The translations under genes and the position numbers were made by a program. A DNA stretch of 64,000 bases, from assembly GCA_051294905.1 (NCBI GenBank), contig CM119371.1, positions 2,234,001 to 2,298,000 on the forward strand, read 5' to 3'. The notes beneath the pieces are model-generated. The model ran no database searches. It was not told the origin of the DNA and worked only from the letters and a program-made list of their open reading frames with translations. Shown in pieces: positions 1 through 9,380 of this stretch. Each line of letters starts with the position of its first letter. Positions within the stretch are counted from its first letter, which is position 1. The stretch comes from Botryllus schlosseri (lineage: Eukaryota).

Positions 1-1227
1 GCCCTGGAGCATTTGCCATGTCTTCAGAAACCGAAATTAAAATGTGAAAATGAATGCCGCGACGCGGGCAGAGATCCGGCGCGACTACTAATTAAACACG
101 GTGTAGTGCGTGAGCCTGATATCATAGAAATGTTGAAACAAGCAAATTGGAGGGACCTTGATACAATTGGCGATGCAGGACCGTAACTGCACTTCGTCAG
201 CCCCCCCCCCCCACCTCCCCCGAAACATCGTTGGTATTAGGCCCTCCTTATAGTGATATCCCCGAATTTTGGGGACGCAGTCCATCCGGCTGTACATTTG
301 AGGCGCTATTTATCAGCAAGTTCTGTGGACTGTTTGGTAAGTCGCAGCTTCAGTCGTCTAGACTCATGAAAGGCGAAAAAAATTTATAATTCATTATTGA
401 ATCGGTCAATATGATTGGGAATTGCATACATATATTGTTATCAATTTTTTATTTCCTCCCTGCTCAAGTAATCAGATTTACTGGTAGAGCTGAGTAAGGT
501 GACTAGAAAAATGTAGGGGTCGTTAATAATGCTAAAACAACTTCGGACAGACCCGTTACTATAATAACTTCATTGCATGATGTTATTCCGTGACCTCCTG
601 TCTGCTGTCATAAGATGCTGGCAAATAATTGTTCCCTGCGGGATGTCATTTGTCATGTAGGATTCAAATTGCTTGGACAGGAACATTCGGCGCTATTCAT
701 TTGGCGGCTATATGGACAATCAGACGAAGTTTTTTCAAAGTTTTTGGTCAGCATAGAGGCAGTCATTTTCGGCCAAGGATTTCTCGCTGGCGATCGTTCT
801 GGCGCACTTCTCGGAGTCGCATGTGACATGGCCTAAAAACACATATGTCTTGATGTATTAATTTGTTGTTTTCCTGAAAATCTCTCTTTTCCGCGGCATT
901 TCGCAGCGAGTTACCAATAATATCCGCCTCACACAGGGAAATCCGGCGCCAAGCAGTCAATGCATTATTCCCATACACCGTATAGTCATAGTAGTTATTG
1001 TGACGAATAATAGCCATGCAGGCACAGTAGCGAGTAGTCTGCAAACAACATTCTAGTTTCGATCACAAGCGGAACAGCAGCAAAGGAAAAGAGATAGTTA
1101 ACACTATGGCTTGTTCATATTCATGCCCTTGCTTACATCAAAAAAAAGAGGATGATTGCTTTAGATCAAACAAATGAAAATATATTAGAGGATGAAGTGG
1201 AAAGAGATCGAAGCAGAGCGTGAGAGC

Positions 1228-1311
1228 ATGGACTGTGATGTTTGGAAATACTGGAAAAGAGAAAACCGTTTTCCTCATATTAAGGCATCTGCTCAAGAAC
1301 TCGCAGGCATT
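1228..1311 (+). pseudogene. hAT transposase remnant (start of the C-terminal dimerisation domain)
   Basis: Translates as MDCDVWKYWKRENRFPHIKASAQELAGI, matching the hAT pattern d-x-x-x-[YW]-W-x4-F-P-x-[LI]-x3-A-x2-L; short and isolated. Confidence 0.5.
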
Positions 1312-1569
1312 CTAATTCTAATCTAATTTGGAAAAACTGTGTTGCTCTAATTCTAATCCTAATCTAATTTTGAAAAAACTGTGTAGCTATAACATATGTG
1401 TTGTATCAGCATACTGATACTACAGAAGCCAGAACACTAATGAAATCTTCATGACTTCTAGGCCTGGCCAAACTTCTCCACATATTTTGAACTTCATTGA
1501 AAAGGTTCCTTCAGCAGACCATTCTCCCAAATTTACAAACCGTATTGAATGAAAGAGCATTATACTCAC

Positions 1570-1716
1570 TTTGAAACCCAGAAGATGTTTTTCCTTCAGC
1601 GCTGTTAATGTTGTAGACGAGCTTGTTTACATTGATTTGATCTCTGGCCACGACGTTAACAGGGCTCTTTATGAATTTCAGATTGACATTTTCTCCCTCT
1701 GCCAAAGTTGCGGATC
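1570..1716 (-). CDS. Internal coding exon (phase 1-1, 147 nt) of a gene continuing leftwards; N/V-rich peptide
   Basis: Acceptor tatttcttag, donor A|gtgagt, 49 codons: (G)SATLAEGENVNLKFIKSPVNVVARDQINVNKLVYNINSAEGKTSSGFQ; frame-compatible with both upstream ATG exons. Confidence 0.65.
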
Positions 1717-1878
1717 CTAAGAAATACATTATTATTGTACTGCCTGCCAGGTTCCATATAATTTATTCCCTTATAACAAAATAATATGGATTCTATTTAA
1801 ATAACTTCACAACTGTTTCAGATGGATAATATTATCATGTATTATAAAAAGTGTGAGCTCAAATACTAGGCTACTTAC

Positions 1879-1954
1879 CGCTTATTCCGGGGGCCATTGA
1901 TATAGGCTTGACATAAGCAACACCATAATCGTTATCTTTACCCCCTTCTGCCAT
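1879..1954 (-). CDS. Candidate first coding exon A of the left-edge gene
   Basis: Strong Kozak context CTACCATGG; MAEGGKDNDYGVAYVKPISMAPGIS followed by G|gtaagt (phase 1), which joins the 1716 acceptor in frame. Confidence 0.6.
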
Positions 1955-2279
1955 GGTAGGCTACTGATAACGTGGTACTAATTAGCTACTTATATGACAA
2001 TACAGAAAATATATAATAGCATTCTATGTTGAATCCGTCGAATTTCATATTCGATAACTCTCTTTTCAACATTCATAACCTCCCATGCCATCAAACTGTC
2101 CGTTGGGATAGCCAGCATTCTTGCTGCCATTTGTTGTGATATGACTATAAGGGGGCACGATATTTTTCACTGTCATAAAGGAGGGCGATGGGCATGTCTA
2201 AAGGATGAAAACCACTGCATCACAGCATTGTCCTTAAGCCAGGGGTTATTGACCTTTATTTAGACACGCCCCCTTTATG

Positions 2280-3598
2280 CTCAATTCCAAGCCGTAGAAG
2301 CGGAGTTATTTCAGTTTTCCTTTGATAATTCTTGGATTATCCACCGATCCAGGATAATCCTAGAATTATCAAAGAAAAACTGAAATAACTCCGCTTCTAC
2401 GGCTTTGAATTGAGTCGAATTTGTTTTGCATAGTTTTTGAAGACAGCCCAACAATTTCATGGGGTTGGCAGAAAAATTTGAAATATTTTCTTTTGCATTT
2501 TTAGCCCTAGACTGCTCAGGTGAGATATCGTTACACGATCGGTGCGGTGGGGTCAAATTGACCCCCTCAGATAATATGCTTTTTGTCTTACCAATTTCGC
2601 TATACAGCTGTCTAATAACGTCTAGCATGACGTTTTAACGATGCATCTTCCCTTTCTGGACCCTACTGTCTACCCATTTAAAAGTTACCGCTGAGGCGTA
2701 ACACCATTACACGAATGGCGATATGGGGTCAAACACCCCCCACCAGTTAATTATAATACCAAAGTATAACAACAAGACAATCCAACAATACAACAGAGTA
2801 ACAACTACAAGAAAGGAGTTGATTCAATAGGCTATGAATCCTCCGGCTTCATGCACTTTTGACATGTCACTATTTTCAGAGAATGTGCTTGACATAAAAA
2901 TTTTCCACATTTTTCACATTTCTCGCTTGTTTTCTTGTCTTGTGTTCTCGCAAAGACAGCATCTGCTACGTGCAGGTTTGGAGAGCTTCGCTGGTGCCAT
3001 TTTACTGTCTTCTCCCGGAAAAATTTCACTACCGGACGATATAGTTTCGGTAATTTGAGCTAACACCTCTTCTGCCGTATGCCTAAGCATTATTTCCACA
3101 CTCCATCCAGATACAACTGACTTCCTCTGACCAACAAAGAGATCTGAAAGCTTGCATTCATGCCTCAATGCCAAAGAGCCACAAGCAGTCGAAATCCATC
3201 CGATCAAAATGAGGAGATGATTACCTAGTTTGCCCACTATACCTGCAAAATTTACCCTATGCGCAATCAATAGCTCATTGCGGCGAGGTATTAGCGATAA
3301 TCAGCTAATGCTTTATTCGAAATGATAGTGTATAACACCATTTAGGATTACATGTCTGGCAAGAACAATCCGACCGCATATAAAAATATGGCTCACATTT
3401 CTGTTCGCCTGGGGTCAATTTGACCCCAACCTGAGCAGTCTAGGTTTGGGCAAATTCAAAATTTTCAAACTGTACGAAAGCCGCGAAAATTGGTTGGAAT
3501 GAATTCAAATTTGGTGTGTGTCGTTTTTTAAGGCAACCTAACGATTTAATCAAGTAGCCAGCAAGATTCAGGAAAAAAAGTTATTTTTGAACAGCCCT
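2280..3598 (-). mobile_element. MITE of the TAGGGCTGTTCAAAA family, split by a piggyBac derivative
   Basis: Terminus tttttgaacagcccta at about 3583-3598; both halves match family copies at about 4292-4600, 8921-9240, 15995-16628, 43317-43610, 47051-47330 and 56951-57370. Left boundary approximate. Confidence 0.7.
2505..3445 (-). mobile_element. Non-autonomous, internally deleted piggyBac derivative
   Basis: TIRs CCCTAGACTGCTCAGGT (2505) and ACCTGAGCAGTCTAGGt (3429-3445), the same as the 17652-19857 element; subterminal GGGGTCAAWTTGACCCC palindromes; retains the Cys-rich C-terminus (RCCLC...CEKCGKFLCQAH...CQKC); TSD degenerate (TTAG/TTGG). Confidence 0.9.
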
Positions 3599-3600
3599 AA

Positions 3601-4907
3601 TACGCACCCGTAAAATTGCATGCAAATTCTGGGAAAAAGCCTGTGCCCATTTATAGTACGCACCCTGCATTTGCAGTACACGAATAGCTGTGTTTTAGTA
3701 CACTATGTCGACATGTCATTCTGTTTTGCGATGTCACTGGTCAACAATCATGACATAGAGACGCTTAGGAGTACAGAACATCATACCACATTTGAATAAA
3801 ATATTCATATTTATTCCCGAAGCTTTTCGGCTGACCCTCGTCAGGGGATATCGTCAGCAATATTACGAGAATTTGAATAACTACGTTCAACAAGACTATA
3901 TATTGCTAATTATGACGTCACACAAAATATATACACAGTTAGGAAAATGAGAGAACCGAAACGTTGGCATGGAGATAGCGAATTGTACAATTATATTTAC
4001 GACATTATACAATTTACGGCATTGTCTCTAAACAAAAGTAGATAGCAGCAAAGCCTGCGAGGCCGGCGATGCGATAGTTTAGGCCAGCGACACGACATCT
4101 TGCGCACGAGGCCTATCACGGATGTGATTGCCCAGGCCAACGGCTATGTCGTGCGCACCAGGTCTTTTAGAGATGCGACTGATTACGCAAGCGATTATAT
4201 CTTGCACGCAAAGCCGGTTCGGTTATATATGCGATTGTTCATGCCTGTCTTGGACGCAATAAATAACGACGATTGCCGCGCGCGCGTGCAGTAGGGCTGT
4301 TCAAAAATGCCTTTTTTTTCCGGATTCCAGCCAGTCACTGATTAAATTGTCAGGTTACCGTAAATAACGCTGCACACCAAATTTGGTTCAATTCCAACAA
4401 GTGTAGGAGTCCGCAGATCCAATTAAAATTTCTAATTTATAAGGGAAAATTAAAAAATAGAATTTTTCAAATTTTTCTGCCAACCCCATGAAATTGTTGA
4501 GCTGTCTTCAGAGACGATGCAAAACAAACTTGAGTCAATTCCAACCAGTAGAAGCGAAGTTATGTGAGTTTTTCGTTGATAATTCTCCGATTATCCTTGA
4601 TCTGTAATAGGCCTCGTGTCGCAGGCCCGAACTATCGCGTCGCCAGCTTCGCAGGCTTTGGCTGCTCGGTAATATCGTTTAGAGACAATGCCGTTAATTA
4701 CATAATGATTAGCGATGGTTATGTCATCATTGTTCGACAGTGACATCGCAAAACAGAACAACATCGCGTACTAAAACACAGCTATTCATGTACTGTGAAT
4801 GCAGGGTGCGTACTATACACGGGTACAGGCTTTTTCCAGAAATTACCATGCCATTTTAAGGGTGCATATTATACATGGGGGCGTACTATACTAGGAAAAT
4901 TACGGTA
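3601..4907. mobile_element. Foldback/MITE with long inverted arms
   Basis: About 3601-3756 is the imperfect reverse complement of about 4720-4868, and about 4010-4095 of about 4613-4700; right end ...GGAAAATTACGGTA; a related end lies at about 59130-59223. Confidence 0.75.
3815..3848 (-). ncRNA. Minimal type I hammerhead ribozyme (Penelope/retrozyme type)
   Basis: Minus strand reads UCCC-CUGACGA-GGGUCAGCC-GAAA-AGCU-UC-GGGA: intact core, stem I UCCC/GGGA, short stem II, palindromic AAGCUU in place of stem III, followed by AATAAA. Confidence 0.8.
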
Positions 4908-5107
4908 TATCTGCATACACAAGCATAGCCAACGCATACATGTGAATTGACTTTTAAGCAACCGGAAATGTGTCACAATAAGCGTAAAAACTTTGGTAAA
5001 GGTATTAAGGTAACCACTGTATAATATATATATTAATATATTATATATATCCAATTCATTTTAATAATATCGATCACACGAATAGCAGTAATTAAGGATA
5101 ACCTTAC

Positions 5108-5180
5108 CGGTAGCCACGGCTGGCGACAATGAAGGCACATCATTGATACCAGAATCATCACATCGAAGCCTTTCCTCCAT
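5108..5180 (-). CDS. Candidate alternative first coding exon B of the left-edge gene
   Basis: Acceptor cattttag (exon start 5225), GTTATCATGG start, MEERLRCDDSGINDVPSLSPAVAT followed by G|gtaagg (phase 1); similar length and pattern to exon A. Confidence 0.45.
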
Positions 5181-6455
5181 GATAACTATCACTAAATATT
5201 AAATTGCTCCTGTATGAGACAATACCTAAAATGCAAGAACAGTAGTTAAGCTTTTCCAAGAACTTCATATGAATAACATTTGGTGACCCAAGTCAGCAAC
5301 TGCAAACGAGCACAAGAATTTACCAATCCCATTACCCATGTGAAATTCGACTACCGTTTAGTAACGAATCACATCAACTATGCAAGAAGCAAACAATTTT
5401 TTATATGTTCATGTCGTTTACCAGGAGTCCAACTCCAACCTAGTGATCCGAAACCGTCAACAACTAAGCTTCTAGTTCAGGAATAATATTCCAGTAAAAT
5501 CTAATAATCCCACTCTAAAACCCACGCAAGAACTAAGAAAATACTGGAACTGAACTTGAAAACCTATTATTCCCAGTGAACAGTTCTAGATCTGAAACTG
5601 TTTCAATTTGAACGGGTATGATCCATGACTGGCAAACTGTCATTCCTCTTATGACTCTAAATACCACTCTTGAATGTCAAGTCATACAGTCGAAATAAAC
5701 GCTGGAATAATTCAACCAATCCAAAGTGTAACTGCCTTGCCAGTTTGTCTCAACGTTGGTCAATTTATTGGAATTCGGAACGTTCTCGCTCAAACGAATC
5801 AGACTAAATCAGATTATTTATACCACTAAGAGTCTGGTGTTCAATGAACATTTCACAACGTAGTTCAACACCTTGCACTGCACAATGTGACGCTTGATTA
5901 GCAAATTAGGCTAGACCAGTGGTTCCCAACGTGGGCGATTTAGCGGTCTAGGGGGCGATAAGGCGGCGAAAACTGACAAAGGGGGTAATGGGGGGCGAAA
6001 ACAACGAAGGGGGTGATAGGGCGGCGATGGCGCGATAAACGGCTATATTGGTGTCAGGACCATAACTGCCGCACCCCAAACCCCCAATTGCGGGGCCGAC
6101 ACGCAAGGGGCATAAAATTATTTCGTGAATTAACATAAATTATAGAGGTTTTGCATTGATCCAATATGAAAAGTGAAACGTTAATAACACTGTGATACAA
6201 GGAAGAGACGAATTTGCTTATCAATCTTCTTGGTTAGCGTGGAGTGCAGTCGCGTGCGCATTTATAATAAGAACCTGTCCCGTGCTTTTCCGAGCTGTGA
6301 AGGAGGCTATATTAGGATTACACTTGTAAATTTCGATACCTTTCAGTGAGAACACTGGCTGGCTGGCAGACTTCTGATAACCCACCTTGCAATTCAATTA
6401 CAACAATGTAATTACATGTTTGTGGAATGCAGAGTCCCGTTGAAACTACCAGGAA

Positions 6456-8070
6456 TTGACATCTAATGAAATGACAAAGATCTGTAAGTGGTTGAGAAGC
6501 AACCAACTTTTAATCAACCCCAGTAAAACCGGCACTTCTTCGTTATTCCCCACACATCGGAAAAATGATCCCCATGACACCAATAAATGTTTCCCCATGA
6601 ACATAAACAGAAAAATTTCTAAACATCAAAATGAATTGTTTTTCGCGTTGGGGTGGGGTTGACGGATATTAGGGATGGGAAGGGGGATATTAGGGTTGGG
6701 ATATCTTAAGATTAGGGTCGGGAGATATTAGGGACGGGGAGGGGATAGTAGGGTAGGGTTAGGATATCCTAAGATTAGGGATGGGGAGGGGGATCTTAGC
6801 ATGGTTCAGGTTAAAGGTTGGGGTTGGGATACACGAAGATCAGGGGTGGGGGGATATTAGGGCCGGGTTAGGTTAGGATATCCTAGGATTAAGGATGAGG
6901 GAGGGGATATTAGGGTTAGGTTAGGATATCCTAGGATTAGGGAAGAGGGAGGGGATATTAGGGTAAGGTTAGGATATCTTAAGATTCGGGATGGGGATAT
7001 TAGGGTTAGGTTAGGATATCTTAGGCATGGGGGTGGGTTAGGATAACCTAAGATAAGGGTGGGTTAGCGTCAAGGATGGGGTTAGGATATCCTAAGGTTA
7101 GGGTTGGGGGTGATGATGACAATATTCCCAACCCTAATCTTGCGATACCCTGACCCCAAATTTATCCCTAAGCTTGGGATATCCTACCTCTACCTCAACC
7201 TTGACCCTAACCTACCCTAGCACCCGCGTCCCGCAACCCTACCCTAATATTCCCTTCCCCGACCCTAATATCTCCCAGCCGACCCTAACATTCCCCTAAC
7301 CCTAATCCCAACGCGAAAAACAATTTATTTTGACGTTTATAAATTTTCACATGTTCATGGAAATCATTTATTTGTTTCATGGTGATAACTTCTGGATGTG
7401 TGGGGAATAACGAAGAAGTGCCGTAAAACCCAACTTCTCTTACTTAATAATTCCAATTCACAGAAAATCAATCTGTTTTCTGTAAGAATCAATCAAACTA
7501 TCATTAACCAAGCCGATCACGTTTGCTATCTTGGAATTCTAGTCGATTGTAAATTGTCATGGAAACCTGACATCGACTCGGTCACCTCGAAATTGTCAAG
7601 AGCTACGTGCATGCTACACGATTGGAATATTTAATGCCGCAAAACGTACTGCGTGCAGTGTATTTTGCTATCTTTCAATTTCCACTTCAATATTCAATAA
7701 ATATATAGGTACATACAAATGTAACAAACCTTACGAAAATCAAAACTCTCCAGAACCATGGTCTTCGTATCATTAGTAAATTACCCCCAGGCGACGAATT
7801 CTCCATGAATAGCGAAGTCATGGTATACTCGGAATTGCCGTACTAATTCAGTATGAGAAGGCAAAGATGATGCACACTATCTTCCACACAAACAGGTCAT
7901 ACTTTAATTATCATTTTATAACTTTAGACAGGTATCAAGAAATTCTAATTCGCTACCGATCTTCATCACGCAATAGTTAGCATTTTGTCGGTGCGAAAAT
8001 TTGGAACCAACTCCCTATGGAGCTGATATCAATACCGCCACGGCAATTTAGAACTGAAATGCTTGTTCAA
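6456..8070 (+). pseudogene. Decayed non-LTR (CR1/L2-like) reverse transcriptase C-terminal fragment, interrupted by a foldback element
   Basis: Removing 6531-7430 restores KWLRSNQLLINPSKT|QLLLLN...HVCYLGILVDCKLSWKPDIDSVTSKLS, typical of LINE RT domains 6-7 and thumb; frameshifted downstream; ends approximate. Confidence 0.75.
6531..7422. mobile_element. Foldback DNA element with telomere-like (TTAGGG/GGTTA) internal repeats
   Basis: Perfect 28-bp TIR GGCACTTCTTCGTTATTCCCCACACATC extending into long imperfect arms; 8-bp TSD GTAAAACC (6523-6530, 7423-7430); G-rich repeat block at about 6650-7110 and C-rich mirror at about 7125-7310. Confidence 0.9.
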
Positions 8071-9274
8071 GATTTATTCTTTATCACACATTTGGTTGCC
8101 GTATACGGTCGGTAAGATGAGAAGCCATTGATGCATGACGCCCTTGGAAACTGCTTGCCTAGTAACCGCTGCGTACATCGTTTTGCACTTGCCCTTTGCA
8201 GTACAGAGTATCCCACATGCGTCAAAGGTTACACGAGAAAGCTCATTCATGTCCAAAAAGCTCCTAAGGAAAATATTCCAGTTTCTGATTCTACCGGTAT
8301 ATCGCCCACATCCCAGAAAGTGGCTCTAACATCTCGTTGATTCAATTCTCATTTAGTTCCTTGCTGCTGGTTTAAACTCCAGTAATAATTAAATACCATG
8401 TTTCCATACTTCCAAGTTGTTTGCGTTGTTAAACTTTATTACAGACATACATAATAAGAAGTACTCCAACAACAAATCGACTATTTGAAAAAAAAGTATA
8501 TGATGCTATGCACTACGTGAGGACAGCTGCGGTTCGGTCATCCGGTTACGATGACCGTGATCGCACTGCTATGTCGATCTGCCGAGTCGTATCAATATCA
8601 ATCAGATTATATTATATCTGAACAAAACACATAATGTAAAATGCGATATGAACTATATGAACAGATAGGAGGATGCCGAACGACCAGTTGCGGTTGGATT
8701 TAATTGCGCTCTCTTGAGGTGACATCCACTCTAACCATGTCGCCCGATGTCACAGTTCTTTCTTCGATGTTCGTACACAAATAATCATTAAATAAGACAT
8801 TGATGTAAAAGTCCTTCAACTTTAGGAATGTTTCATCTTGCCCAGCTGGCGTCTTTCTCCACTGGAATCAGTCGAAAACTCTTGCATGTCTAGAACACAA
8901 AATAAGCAACGCGTGCACAGAAGGGCTCTTCAGAAATGACTTTTTTCTCAAATCGTACTGGCTACTTGATAAAATTGTTAGGTTACCTAATTTAGGCCTA
9001 CACACAAAATTTGGTTCAATTCCAGCCAGTAACCGCTTTGCTACAGGAGAAGAAAGTTTCTATTTATTATGTAAAAATGAATAATAAAAAAAAATTGAAA
9101 ATTTTCTGTTCACCCCATGAAAGTGTTAGGCTGTCTATAGAAACGATGCTCACCAAATTTGGTTCAATTCCAACCAGTGGAAGCGGAGTTATTGCCGTCG
9201 AAAAATTTGGATTTGAATAAAATAGTATTTACGGTGACCGATTCTTTGTTTATTTATTATAGTGGTGCTGTTGT

Positions 9275-9380
9275 GAGTCTTGGTGAGTCTTTTCTCTTCG
9301 AGTCTTGACTCTCTCTCTTGAGTCAGGACTCGTCGAGTCTTTTCTTTGGGGACTTGACTCTCTCTTGAGTCAAGCCGCCT
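9275..9380 (+). repeat. Fragment homologous to the 5' region of the Tx1/L1 element
   Basis: GAGTCTTTTCTCTTC...GAGTCAGGACT...GAGTCTTT...GACTTG...CTTGAGTCAAGCC aligns colinearly with the reverse complement of about 36870-36975. Confidence 0.7.

Noticed and set aside
600..1044. Next exon of the left-edge gene
   Set aside because: Acceptors near 832 and 1038 give early stops in the required phase 1; no continuation could be supported.
6650..7310. True telomere or telomere fusion site
   Set aside because: Repeats are degenerate and enclosed by TIRs and an 8-bp TSD, so they are transposon interior.
9200..9275. Tx1 target specificity for the TAGGG MITE family
   Set aside because: The two LINE-related junctions differ in position and orientation relative to the MITE, and the MITE is abundant enough for chance adjacency.
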